NCBI GenBank assembly: GCA_964579885.1
Contig: CAZOHD010000002.1
Location: 243,672 to 307,671 of the forward strand
Direction: 5' to 3'
DNA: 64,000 bases
Source of the DNA: an uncultured Sediminibacterium sp.
GTDB lineage: Bacteria > Bacteroidota > Bacteroidia > Chitinophagales > Chitinophagaceae
Shown here piece by piece: positions 1 to 9,084 of this stretch (positions are counted from its first letter, which is position 1; every line of letters begins with the position of its first letter). The notes beneath the pieces are model-generated. The model was given only the letters and a program-made list of their open reading frames with translations, did not search any database and was not told the DNA's origin. A program made the translations under genes and the position numbers.

Positions 1-115
1 TGCCATCGCCTTTTTCTAAAACGACAGGTACTGGGTGATAATTATGGGCACCATATTGATCTTCAAGAGCAATATACTTTGCAGTATTTGCACTTGTTTG
101 AAATGTATTTGACAT
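1..115 (-). CDS. rocD: Ornithine--oxo-acid transaminase, N-terminal 38 aa (runs off window start)
   Basis: Hand translation from ATG at 115: MSNTFQTSANTAKYIALEDQYGAHNYHPVPVVLEKGDG; 'YGAHNYHP.PVVL..G.G' is the typical OAT N-terminus. Not in ORF track. Confidence 0.85.
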   Translation of the reverse strand, partial: MSNTFQTSANTAKYIALEDQYGAHNYHPVPVVLEKGDG

Positions 116-298
116 TCAATAAAATTTAAATTATTTGATAAAAACAGAAAGAAAAATTGGAGGGTTTGAATTTACCCAACGGGATGGTTTAGAAAATCTA
201 AATTAGAAAATAAAAAATTTGCCTTTATCATGGCTCTAAGATAGGGTTTTTACTCAATTTTACCATAATTGGACTTACATTCGCGTAAAGAATCTGAC

Positions 299-1327
299 TT
301 GAAACCACTTGTATCAATTGTTATTTTAAATTATAATGGCGCCCATTATTTGAAGACATTTTTGCCTTCAGTATTGTCGACCCTTTATGAAAACAAAGAA
401 GTGGTTGTTGCAGATAATGGTTCAACCGATGATTCTTTATCCATTTTAGCGGAACATTTTCCTTCTGTGAAAGTAATTCAGAATCCAACAAATGAAGGTT
501 TTGCAGGCGGATACAATTGGGCATTAAAACAAGTTCAAGCAACTTATTATATTCTTTTGAATTCAGATGTTCAAGTTGATCCAGCTTGGGTAGGGCCATT
601 GGTTCAATTAATGGAATCGAATTCCAAAGTGGGGGCTTGTCAGCCGAAAATTTTAGCTCAAAAAGATCCAAGTAGTTTTGAATATGCAGGTGCAAGTGGT
701 GGATGGATTGATGCACTAGGATATCCATTCTCAAGAGGGAGGGTATTTGATGTTTGTGAAAAAGATAAAGGACAATATAATAACATTGAACGCATTTTTT
801 GGGCATCTGGCGCTGCCATGATGATTCGTGCGAATTTGTTTCATTCTTTAGGTGGATTTGATGCTAGTTTTTTTGCACATCAAGAAGAGATTGATCTTTG
901 CTGGCGGATGCAATTAGAGGGACATCAATTATATTCATGTCCTGAATCTGTTGTTTACCATGTGGGCGCAGGCACGCTTCCAAGAGGGGGTCGAAAAGTG
1001 TTTTTGAATTTTAGAAACAACTTGATCATGCTTAGCAAGAACTTGCCAGTCGCTGAATTAATATGGAAGTTACCATTACGATTTGCATTGGATGGCATCT
1101 CGGCATGGAAAGGTTTATTGAGTGGTGATGGGTATTTTTTTACCGCAATTTTTAAGGCTCATTTTGCCTTTATTGGGTATCTTCTTACAGGCAAAGTCAA
1201 GAGAAATAAGCATTATAAACCATTATCCAACCTAGGAGGTGTATATAACGGTTCTGTTGTATTCCATTACTTTGTAAAAAACAGGCAAGAATTTGATAAA
1301 ATTGTCACCAAACACGCTCATAATTAA
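299..1327 (+). CDS. Glycosyltransferase family 2
   Basis: VSIVILNYNG, DNGSTD, LLNSDV (DxD-like), EEIDLCWR. Track start 269; TTG at 299 preferred because a TACATTCG -7-like box lies at 276-283. Confidence 0.9.
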   Translation: MKPLVSIVILNYNGAHYLKTFLPSVLSTLYENKEVVVADNGSTDDSLSILAEHFPSVKVIQNPTNEGFAGGYNWALKQVQATYYILLNSDVQVDPAWVGPLVQLMESNSKVGACQPKILAQKDPSSFEYAGASGGWIDALGYPFSRGRVFDVCEKDKGQYNNIERIFWASGAAMMIRANLFHSLGGFDASFFAHQEEIDLCWRMQLEGHQLYSCPESVVYHVGAGTLPRGGRKVFLNFRNNLIMLSKNLPVAELIWKLPLRFALDGISAWKGLLSGDGYFFTAIFKAHFAFIGYLLTGKVKRNKHYKPLSNLGGVYNGSVVFHYFVKNRQEFDKIVTKHAHN

Positions 1328-1338
1328 GAACTTGTTGT

Positions 1339-1346
1339 TATTTTTG
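1339..1346 (+). promoter_or_regulatory. Bacteroidota housekeeping promoter -7 box for the 67-aa ORF
   Basis: TATTTTTG matches TAnnTTTG, 18 nt before ATG 1365. Confidence 0.6.
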
Positions 1347-1364
1347 CACTCGTAATTATAAACT

Positions 1365-1568
1365 ATGTCACAAGAAATACAAGAAACAGCAGGAAATAAG
1401 GATATCGCAAAGAACTGGGTAAGTTCTTCAAGATTCATCTTCTATGTATCTGTTTTCGCGCTATTATCATTGGTTTTAGGTAATTGTACTAAGTTGTTCA
1501 GTTCTGGTTTTGAAAAGCCTGAAGTAGAAGTTAACACGAGCTCTCAGTACAAACCTGAATATAAATAG
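1365..1568 (+). CDS. Small single-pass membrane protein (67 aa), function unknown
   Basis: Fills the gap between the GT2 gene and the tRNAs; own -7 box; A-rich pre-ATG context; one hydrophobic segment FIFYVSVFALLSLVLG. Confidence 0.7.
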   Translation: MSQEIQETAGNKDIAKNWVSSSRFIFYVSVFALLSLVLGNCTKLFSSGFEKPEVEVNTSSQYKPEYK

Positions 1569-1633
1569 AAAAAAATTTTGTTGGTGTGTGTTGATTCCTT
1601 ATTTTCGCACTCCAAAAAATAGTTCTTGTTCAA

Positions 1634-1706
<73 letters not shown>

Positions 1707-1707
1707 C

Positions 1708-1739
1708 AAAAATCCCGTTCTTCGGACGGGATTTTTTTT
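1708..1739 (+). terminator. Intrinsic terminator after tRNA-Gly
   Basis: AATCCCG..TTCG..CGGGATT followed by a T run. Confidence 0.8.
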
Positions 1740-1754
1740 AAGTCTGTAACAGAC

Positions 1755-1840
1755 GCCTTGGTGGTGGAACTGGTAGACACGCAGGACTTAAAATCCTGTT
1801 CGCCGCAACGCGAGTGCGGGTTCGATTCCCGCCTGAGGCA
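1755..1840 (+). tRNA. tRNA-Leu (TAA)
   Basis: Acceptor GCCTTGG/CTGAGGC, anticodon arm CAGGA-CTTAAAA-TCCTG, long variable arm, GGTTCGA T-loop. Confidence 0.96.
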
Positions 1841-1842
1841 CT

Positions 1843-1872
1843 AAGCCTCTCACGAAAGTGAGAGGCTTTTTT
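1843..1872 (+). terminator. Intrinsic terminator after tRNA-Leu
   Basis: AAGCCTCTCAC-GAAA-GTGAGAGGCTT + TTTT. Confidence 0.88.
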
Positions 1873-1889
1873 GTATCTTAGCACCCAGT

Positions 1890-2852
1890 ATGTCACATTT
1901 AAAAGAAAGAACAGCCAAAGATTGTCTTAACTGCGGAACCGAAGTTGCAGGTAGATTTTGTCAACAATGTGGGCAGGAAAATGTCGAAGTAAAAGAAAGT
2001 TTCTTGCAATTATTAAGGCACTTTTTCGAAGACCTAACGCACTTTGATGGCAAACTTTGGAAGACTTTAAAACTATTGTTATTTAAGCCGGGGAGCTTAA
2101 CTAAATTATATATGGATGGGAAGAGGGCTTCATATATTCATCCCATTAGAATGTATTTATTTGTCTCTGCGGTTTTCTTTTTATTCATGTTTACAGGAGA
2201 TGTTCCGGATAAGCCAGAAGGACTAGCTGCGAACGCAGAAGCGCCAAAGGATTTTGCATCTGGGTTTAATGAAGGGTTTAATGTAGATCTAGAAAAAGAT
2301 TCAATAGAATATAAAACTGTTGCAGAATACAATACTGCACAACAAAAATTGCCTGAATCTAAAAGAGATCAATGGTTAGATGCAACGGTTAAAAAGAAGG
2401 GTATTGAGTTGAATGAAAAATACCAAGGAGATAAATTTAAAATTGGCAAGGCCTTGATCGAAAAGTTTGAACATTATTTCTCTAGAATGCTCTACATTTC
2501 ATTACCCATTTTTGCGTTCTTTATCTGGGTCTTATATAGAAGGAATAAGAATCATTATTTTGTAGACCATGTTATTTTTAGCATTCATATTTATTGTGCA
2601 TTCTATATTATTCTGTTCTTTGTAAATATGGTCACAACCGTAAAAGATTATTTTACAAATAAGTCATATGGTTTCATTGGATTTTTAGCAGCTGTTATTT
2701 TATTTTTCTATTTATACAAGTCGCTTAAAAATCACTTTGGACAATCAAGAACAAAAACTTTTCTCAAATTTTTTATTTTAAACATTCTTACAATGTTATT
2801 GATGGGAACATTGATGTTTATTTTCTTTATGTTTTCATTATTTAATATCTAG
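1890..2852 (+). CDS. DUF3667 domain membrane protein
   Basis: N-terminal CLNC..FCQQCGQ zinc knuckle, D.K.WKTL..LLFKPG.LT..Y..GKR..Y..P.R.YLF, several C-terminal TM helices. Confidence 0.85.
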   Translation: MSHLKERTAKDCLNCGTEVAGRFCQQCGQENVEVKESFLQLLRHFFEDLTHFDGKLWKTLKLLLFKPGSLTKLYMDGKRASYIHPIRMYLFVSAVFFLFMFTGDVPDKPEGLAANAEAPKDFASGFNEGFNVDLEKDSIEYKTVAEYNTAQQKLPESKRDQWLDATVKKKGIELNEKYQGDKFKIGKALIEKFEHYFSRMLYISLPIFAFFIWVLYRRNKNHYFVDHVIFSIHIYCAFYIILFFVNMVTTVKDYFTNKSYGFIGFLAAVILFFYLYKSLKNHFGQSRTKTFLKFFILNILTMLLMGTLMFIFFMFSLFNI

Positions 2853-2854
2853 TC

Positions 2855-3631
2855 ATGTCTCAAAATAAGGTTGCAGATAGTTTTTTAGAATTAGTAGAAA
2901 TCATGGATACCCTCCGTGAAAAATGCCCTTGGGATAAAAAACAAACGATACAAAGTTTGAGAAGCAATACCATTGAAGAATTGTATGAATTAATTGATGC
3001 AATTATTGAGGAAGATTGGGAGGGTATTAAAGAGGAATTAGGAGATATTCTTTTGCATGTTTTATTCTATGCTAAAATTGGAACGGAACAAGGTCATTTT
3101 ACTTTGCAGGATTCGATAGAAGCTATCTCAAAGAAATTAATACATCGTCATCCACATATATACGGGGATGTGCAGGTCGAAAACGAGGAAGATGTAAAAC
3201 GCAATTGGGAGCAATTGAAATTACAAGAGGGTAAAACATCTTTATTGGCAGGAGTCCCCAATAGCTTACCTGCTATGGTAAAGGCATTTAGGATTCAACA
3301 AAAAGTAAAACAAGTTGGATTTGAGTGGGAGAATAAAGAACAGGTATGGGATAAAGTAGAGGAGGAGATAGGCGAGCTGAAGGCGGAGATTGAAGTCAAT
3401 GACCAAGAAAAAATGGAAGCGGAATTTGGGGATGTATTATTTAGCATGATCAATTATGCTCGTTTTTTAAATATTGATCCAGAGTCTGCCTTAGAGAAGA
3501 CAAATAAAAAATTCAAACATCGTTTTGAATTAATGGAAACATATGCTAAAGAGCATGGTTTAGATTTAGCTAAGCTGAGTTTAAACGAGAAAGAAGCTAT
3601 TTGGCAATCCATGAAACGAAATAAAGAATAA
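2855..3631 (+). CDS. mazG: Nucleoside triphosphate pyrophosphohydrolase MazG
   Basis: LREKCPWDKKQT, EELGD, tandem MazG domains, EFGDVLFS. Confidence 0.95.
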   Translation: MSQNKVADSFLELVEIMDTLREKCPWDKKQTIQSLRSNTIEELYELIDAIIEEDWEGIKEELGDILLHVLFYAKIGTEQGHFTLQDSIEAISKKLIHRHPHIYGDVQVENEEDVKRNWEQLKLQEGKTSLLAGVPNSLPAMVKAFRIQQKVKQVGFEWENKEQVWDKVEEEIGELKAEIEVNDQEKMEAEFGDVLFSMINYARFLNIDPESALEKTNKKFKHRFELMETYAKEHGLDLAKLSLNEKEAIWQSMKRNKE

Positions 3632-3632
3632 T

Positions 3633-3670
3633 CAATAAAAAAGGCGCTAGAAATAGCGCCTTTTTTATTG
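3633..3670. terminator. Bidirectional terminator between mazG and degP
   Basis: CAATAAAAAAGGCGCTA-GAAA-TAGCGCCTTTTTTATTG, 17-bp arms between convergent genes. Confidence 0.9.
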
Positions 3671-3684
3671 GGGGATTAACTGAC

Positions 3685-5211
3685 TTATTCATTTATGTTT
3701 AACATGAATGCATAGTTGCCAAAGAATCCTGGATAGATACCAGATAATTTAATTGTTGCTCCTGTTATTTTTTTCAATTTCTCATAAAACTCTTCTGTGT
3801 TTTTAACAGGTTGGTCATTTACATGTGTAATCACAAATCCTTTTTCAACCCTACTTTTTCCTAAAATTCCAGTGCCTAGTTCTTTTACTAAGACACCACC
3901 GTCGATATCATTTTTTTCTGCGGTTGCTTTATCGATTGTTTCTAATTTGCCCCCTAGTTTTTCTGCTGCTTTACTGCTGCTCGCTAAGTCAGTGTTTCCT
4001 AATTTAGCCTTCAATGTGGCATTTAAAGTAAGGTCTTTATTATCTCGTTTTACTGTAATAGTAATTTTATCATTAGGCTTATACTTCGCAATTTGTTCTT
4101 GCAATTCTGGGGAAGAAGTAACAGCTGTGCCATTTAATTTAGTAATGATATCTCCCACTTTAACACCTGCTGCTTTTGCTGCTCCACCTTCAAGCACATC
4201 TGTCACAACAATACCTTGCACATCTCCAATCTTAACTTTAAAGTCGGACTCAATCTTTTTGATTTGCTCTTCTGATAAATCATCTTGAGGGTAAGAGATG
4301 CCCAAATAAGCCCTTTGTACAGTGCCAAATTTCACAATATCTGTCACCACTTTTTTTACTAGGTTAACAGGGATGGCATAAGAGTAACCTGCATAAGACC
4401 CCGTTGGTGAGGCGATTGCTGAATTAATACCTACTAATTCACCACTTGTATTCACTAAAGCACCGCCACTATTACCCTGGTTTACAGCAGCATCTGTTTG
4501 TAAGAAGGTTTCTAATGGTTTATCACTCTGTCTTGAGTTTATATTGATTGATCTATTCTTTGCACTAATAATGCCCGCGGTGATCGTAACATCTAAGTTT
4601 AAAGGGTAACCAATTGCAAGCACCCATTGTCCTAATTTAATTTCATCACTATTGCCATAAACCAAATAAGGCAATCCACTTGCTTCAATTTTAATAACGG
4701 CTAAGTCACTACTTGCATCTGTGCCAATCACTTTTGCTTTGTAGCTCTTTTTGTTTGTTAAAGTAACATTTATTTCATCTGCGCCATTTACCACATGGTT
4801 ATTGGTAACGATATATCCATCAGCAGTAATTAAGACACCACTTCCACTTGCTCTTTGTTCTGGAATGACTCTTGGTCCACCAAAAAAATCACCAAACATA
4901 TCTTCGTCTCCAAAGAAGTCAAAAAACGGATTTCTTTGTCTTGGTTGTGCACTTTGTTGAACCTGCTTAGCATTGGTTTTCGTTTTTATATGCACCACAG
5001 CAGGCGAGGCAGCACTTGCAGCTGGTGTAAAATCGACTGTTGAGCTAGGTGCGTTGCCCTGAAATAAACTAGCATAGTTTGCAGGCAAATTATTTGCCGA
5101 TTCGAATACGTTATTAGATTTGTTTAATTTGGCATAACCCCATACACTTAATAAGGTTGTTGTAGCACTAATTCCTACAATGGCTAATACATTTTTTAAA
5201 TTCAAATTCAT
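3685..5211 (-). CDS. degP: Do/DegQ (HtrA) family serine endopeptidase with PDZ domains
   Basis: SGSGV, TNNHVV (His), SDLAVIKI (Asp), QTDAAVNQGNSGGAL (Ser), two PDZ-like regions, N-terminal membrane anchor. Confidence 0.92.
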   Translation of the reverse strand: MNLNLKNVLAIVGISATTTLLSVWGYAKLNKSNNVFESANNLPANYASLFQGNAPSSTVDFTPAASAASPAVVHIKTKTNAKQVQQSAQPRQRNPFFDFFGDEDMFGDFFGGPRVIPEQRASGSGVLITADGYIVTNNHVVNGADEINVTLTNKKSYKAKVIGTDASSDLAVIKIEASGLPYLVYGNSDEIKLGQWVLAIGYPLNLDVTITAGIISAKNRSININSRQSDKPLETFLQTDAAVNQGNSGGALVNTSGELVGINSAIASPTGSYAGYSYAIPVNLVKKVVTDIVKFGTVQRAYLGISYPQDDLSEEQIKKIESDFKVKIGDVQGIVVTDVLEGGAAKAAGVKVGDIITKLNGTAVTSSPELQEQIAKYKPNDKITITVKRDNKDLTLNATLKAKLGNTDLASSSKAAEKLGGKLETIDKATAEKNDIDGGVLVKELGTGILGKSRVEKGFVITHVNDQPVKNTEEFYEKLKKITGATIKLSGIYPGFFGNYAFMLNINE

Positions 5212-5243
5212 AAAAAACTATTTGATGTTTATACAATACATTT

Positions 5244-5259
5244 TACAAATTGTGTACCA
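5244..5259 (-). promoter_or_regulatory. Putative sigma54 -24/-12 promoter of degP
   Basis: Minus strand TGGTACACAATTTGTA = GG-N10-GT, near consensus TGGCACG-N4-TTGC, 33 nt before the start codon. Confidence 0.4.
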
Positions 5260-5384
5260 ATTTCAATGCAATCTAATCAAGCTGAAATTATGTCACAAAT
5301 TCTTTAAAGTAGTTTAACAAAAGATTTACGAAATTGTTCGTTTAAAATACCATGGCAAAGCTTAGAATATTCATTATCAATTAT

Positions 5385-6380
5385 TTAGGATAGACTAGAT
5401 AAAAAAGCAAGGCTATCAACTCCATCAGCATATTGTGCTAAAACGGGTTTTTGTAAACTGCCAAATGGAAGCTGGTTGTAACCGACTACACATTGAATTT
5501 CTTCAAGATTAAACTGAGGAGGAGTGTCCAATTTATAGTGCTGATAATGAATTTGACTAATTGCTGCAAAAGGGGATGGGTTCTCGCTCAATAATACACC
5601 GCCAGAGTCCATATAAAATTGTTTGCTCATCATTAACAGGGCCAATTGATAATCGTAATTATGTTTGTATTTATGCTGATCCAATAAATAATTGTATTTC
5701 TTTAAGGCCGTTAAAAAAGGGATAAAATCATATCCTTCTGGTACCCAAATTTGGGTCACATTCCTACAGCCCATCCCAAAATAGAGCATACAATCATCTG
5801 CTAAAGAGGCTAAGTCTTCGGCTGTTTCTTGTCCGTTAAGAATCGCAATAGAAGTCTTATTTTTTCTGATGATGTTTGGGAACTTGCCAAAATAATATTC
5901 AAAAGAATTGCCCGCATTATTCCCCCCTGTTGCTATATAGGCATCGCAATTTTTAAGTTGTTCTTGAACCAATATTTGAGTTTCAAATTCTGGGTTAATT
6001 TTTAGGAGACTTGCTATTACAAAGTCCATTAGCACCTTGTCTTTAGAGGACATTTTAACTACTGCAATATGTCCAGCAATTAGGGTGCTTAAAAGGTCAT
6101 GAAATCCGACTAAAGGAATATTTCCAGCCATCACGATCCCAACTTTTATTTGGGTCGATTGAGCTGGTATAGATGGATAATTTGCTGTCCATTCAGTCAG
6201 TGCATGTTCTTGTAGAAACTCTTGACTAATTTGAATGATTGCTTGATCTATGAATTCGGGTAAAAACCAGGCATTTTGACGATTAGCTTCATTTTTAGCC
6301 TCATTTAAGAGGGTATTATTAGTGTCTGAAAGCTGTTGACCTAGGGTCACAAAACCTTGAATTCTTGCTTGTAAGTTCAT
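5385..6380 (-). CDS. LuxC-family acyl-CoA reductase-like protein
   Basis: VMAGNIPLVGFHD, VKMSSKD, YIATGG, YFGMGCRNV (putative catalytic Cys). Confidence 0.85.
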   Translation of the reverse strand: MNLQARIQGFVTLGQQLSDTNNTLLNEAKNEANRQNAWFLPEFIDQAIIQISQEFLQEHALTEWTANYPSIPAQSTQIKVGIVMAGNIPLVGFHDLLSTLIAGHIAVVKMSSKDKVLMDFVIASLLKINPEFETQILVQEQLKNCDAYIATGGNNAGNSFEYYFGKFPNIIRKNKTSIAILNGQETAEDLASLADDCMLYFGMGCRNVTQIWVPEGYDFIPFLTALKKYNYLLDQHKYKHNYDYQLALLMMSKQFYMDSGGVLLSENPSPFAAISQIHYQHYKLDTPPQFNLEEIQCVVGYNQLPFGSLQKPVLAQYADGVDSLAFLSSLS

Positions 6381-6390
6381 GCTTGTGTTA

Positions 6391-6410
6391 TATCTTTGTA
6401 AGCAAAAGTA
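6391..6410. promoter_or_regulatory. Interlocked divergent -7 boxes (ferredoxin +, acyl-CoA reductase -)
   Basis: TATCTTTG at 6391-6398 (+) and TACTTTTG at 6410-6403 (-). Confidence 0.6.
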
Positions 6411-6435
6411 CGTTACTAAAATTTAAATAATTTTT

Positions 6436-6783
6436 ATGGCAATTAAAATTACAGACGAATGTATCAATTGTGGCGCATGTGAGCCAGAATGTCCAAATAA
6501 TGCAATTTATGAAGGTGGTGTAGAATGGGCTATGTCCGATGGCACTACGGTAAAAGGTGCATTCACTTTAATGGATGGATCTGTAGTAGATGCTGGTGCG
6601 AGACAAAATCCAGTAGCAATGGATACTTACTATATTACTCCAAATAAATGTACAGAGTGTCAAGGATTCCATGAGGAGCCACAATGTGCGGCTGTTTGTC
6701 CAGTTGATTGTTGCGTACCTGATGAGTTGTACAAAGAAACAGTGGATGAGTTGTTGGCTAAGAAAGAAAAATTACATTTATAA
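6436..6783 (+). CDS. 2x[4Fe-4S] dicluster ferredoxin (YfhL-like)
   Basis: [12 protein letters not shown] and CTEC-x8-CAAVCP motifs. Confidence 0.92.
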   Translation: MAIKITDECINCGACEPECPNNAIYEGGVEWAMSDGTTVKGAFTLMDGSVVDAGARQNPVAMDTYYITPNKCTECQGFHEEPQCAAVCPVDCCVPDELYKETVDELLAKKEKLHL

Positions 6784-6792
6784 TAATGGTTT

Positions 6793-6818
6793 AAAAAGGG
6801 AGTCATTTCCCTTTTTTT
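6793..6818 (+). terminator. Terminator after ferredoxin
   Basis: AAAAAGGGA-GTCATT-TCCCTTTTT + TT. Confidence 0.65.
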
Positions 6819-6862
6819 ATTTTCAAATCATTTGGCCCAGATAGGCTGATAAATAGGATCCT

Positions 6863-7849
6863 ATGAAAAAGAAAATCGCATTGGTAACAGGAGGATATAG
6901 TTCTGAATCTGAGATTAGTTATAAAAGCGCAAAGACGGTATTTAATGCACTGGATAAAAATAAATTCGAAGTTTATCAAATTGATATCCACCCAACAGGT
7001 TGGTGGTATGAAAATACTGTTGGCGAAGAAGTGGCAGTTGATAAAGCAGATTTTAGTATTGTTGAAGGTGCTGAGAAGATTAAGTTTGACCTTGCTTTAA
7101 TGTGTTTACATGGAACACCTGGGGAGGATGGAAAACTTCAGGGCTATTTTGATATGATTGGCTTGCCTTATACTAGTTGTGATACCGCAACCTCTGCGTT
7201 GACTTTTAATAAAAGATACACTGTTGCTGTGGCGGGATTTGGTGGAGTAGGTGTAGCTAAGTCATTGCATTTATTTAAAGAGAATACTTTAAGTCCAGAT
7301 CAAATTTTAGCAAATCTTAGTTTGCCTGTTTTTGTAAAACCAAATAATGGAGGCAGTAGCTTTGGAATTAGTAAAGTAAACCAAGCTTCTGAATTGCCAG
7401 CTGCTCTTGAAAAGGCATTTAAAGAAGATACACAAATATTAGTTGAAGAATTTATAAGTGGAAGAGAATTTACGATTGGTGTATTTAAATCAAAAGGAAA
7501 AATAACAGTCTTGCCAATTACAGAAATCAAAACTGAAAATGAATTCTTTGATTACGAAGCTAAATACCAAGGGAAAAGTAAAGAGATAACACCAGCTGAT
7601 ATTTCAACAAAGATGTTTGATGAATTAACAGCAGCAGCTCAAAAAGTGTATGCTATTTTGAATTGTAGAGGGGTTGTTAGAATTGACTTTATCTATGATG
7701 AAGTTGCGGAAAAAGCTTATATGTTGGAAGTGAACACAGTCCCTGGTCAAAGTGAAGCAAGTGTAATTCCTCAACAAGTAAAAGCAATGGGTTGGACTTT
7801 AACCGATTTTTATGGATGGATTATTGAAGATAGTTTAGAACAAAAATAA
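6863..7849 (+). CDS. ddl: D-alanine--D-alanine ligase
   Basis: GGYSSESEIS, LHGTPGEDGKLQG, FVKPNNGGSSFG, FFDYEAKY, RIDF, LEVNTVPG. Confidence 0.96.
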   Translation: MKKKIALVTGGYSSESEISYKSAKTVFNALDKNKFEVYQIDIHPTGWWYENTVGEEVAVDKADFSIVEGAEKIKFDLALMCLHGTPGEDGKLQGYFDMIGLPYTSCDTATSALTFNKRYTVAVAGFGGVGVAKSLHLFKENTLSPDQILANLSLPVFVKPNNGGSSFGISKVNQASELPAALEKAFKEDTQILVEEFISGREFTIGVFKSKGKITVLPITEIKTENEFFDYEAKYQGKSKEITPADISTKMFDELTAAAQKVYAILNCRGVVRIDFIYDEVAEKAYMLEVNTVPGQSEASVIPQQVKAMGWTLTDFYGWIIEDSLEQK

Positions 7850-7860
7850 AATCAAGTAAT

Positions 7861-8685
7861 TTGAAATTCATTGACGATATATTAAAGAAGCCTTTGTGGA
7901 TGAATGTGCTCATTGGATTTGGAGTTACATTTTTCTTATTATTTATTTTCTTTTTCTCCTTAGGCTGGATTACAGGTAATGGGGAAACTGAAAAAGTACC
8001 TTCAGTAGTCGGGTTGGATGTGGTTGCTGCTGAAAAGAATTTAACCGCTTTAGGATTTGATGTTGAATTACAAGATTCAATTTATGTAGATACACTTGCA
8101 AGAAATGCGGTATTAAGACAAACGCCAGATGCGGACGAGGTTGTAAAAAAAGGAAGAACAGTTTACCTTACCATTAACCGCGTAATTGCACCACAAGTGG
8201 ATATGCCAAACTTGGTAGGTTTTTCAATTAAAAGTGCGGAGACTTATTTAAAAGTATTAGGACTAAGATTAGGTTCAATACAAATGGTTCCAGATCAAAA
8301 CAAGAATGTGGTGATAGATCAATTAGTAAATGGGCAACCTATTGCGCCAGGTTCTAAAATACCATCTGGCACATTGATTCATTTTCTTGTTGGTGATGGT
8401 GGCGCATCTGCAAATATGATTATGCCTGATTTAGTTGGTTTGACTTATGAGCAAGCCAAAGCACAAATATTAAGTATGGGCTTAAACCTTGGACTTGTGT
8501 CAGTAAATGGATCTATTGGAGATAGTGCTTCTGCTTTTGTATTTGATCAAAGCCCAAGTGCATACGGAAGTCAACTGGATTCATTGGGTCTGCCAGTTAA
8601 AAATGGTGTCACAAAAGGGGCAACTATTAATTTAGTATTAGATAAAGTAGCTCCAGTAAAAGCTATTCGAGATACTATTCAATAA
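7861..8685 (+). CDS. Membrane-anchored PASTA-domain protein (three PASTA repeats)
   Basis: N-terminal TM, then VPSVVG, MPNLVG and MPDLVG repeats; TTG start. Confidence 0.88.
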   Translation: MKFIDDILKKPLWMNVLIGFGVTFFLLFIFFFSLGWITGNGETEKVPSVVGLDVVAAEKNLTALGFDVELQDSIYVDTLARNAVLRQTPDADEVVKKGRTVYLTINRVIAPQVDMPNLVGFSIKSAETYLKVLGLRLGSIQMVPDQNKNVVIDQLVNGQPIAPGSKIPSGTLIHFLVGDGGASANMIMPDLVGLTYEQAKAQILSMGLNLGLVSVNGSIGDSASAFVFDQSPSAYGSQLDSLGLPVKNGVTKGATINLVLDKVAPVKAIRDTIQ

Positions 8686-8729
8686 GGAATAAAATTTTAA
8701 TTAAACCATAAATTTTCAATATTTCAGTT

Positions 8730-9038
8730 ATGAATACAATTACAGTCGAGGAATTAAAAGCAAAAATTGATGCTGGTGAAAAATTAAATCTCTTAGATGT
8801 AAGAGAACCACATGAACACGCAGCATTCAATATTGGTGGTCAATTATTGCCTTTAGGTTTAGTGCAAGCATTGCAATTAGACGAGGTGGAGCATTTGAAA
8901 GATGAGACGGTGTATGTTTACTGCAGAAGTGGTAACAGAAGCGGTCAGGCTTGTATGATGATGGAGCCATATGGCTTTAAAAATGTAATTAATGTAGTAG
9001 GTGGTATGTTGGCATGGCAGGAAAAATTTTCTAGCTAG
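8730..9038 (+). CDS. Rhodanese-like domain protein
   Basis: LLDVREPHE, active-site loop YCRSGNRS, GGMLAW. Confidence 0.9.
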   Translation: MNTITVEELKAKIDAGEKLNLLDVREPHEHAAFNIGGQLLPLGLVQALQLDEVEHLKDETVYVYCRSGNRSGQACMMMEPYGFKNVINVVGGMLAWQEKFSS

Positions 9039-9084
9039 CGTGCATTCTGAAAGTAACTTTATAGTTGCTTTCAGAATATATCTT

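Noticed and set aside
9001-9084. N-terminal extension of the iminopeptidase in the ORF track
   Set aside because: Overlaps the rhodanese gene; ATG 9085 gives a proper lipoprotein signal
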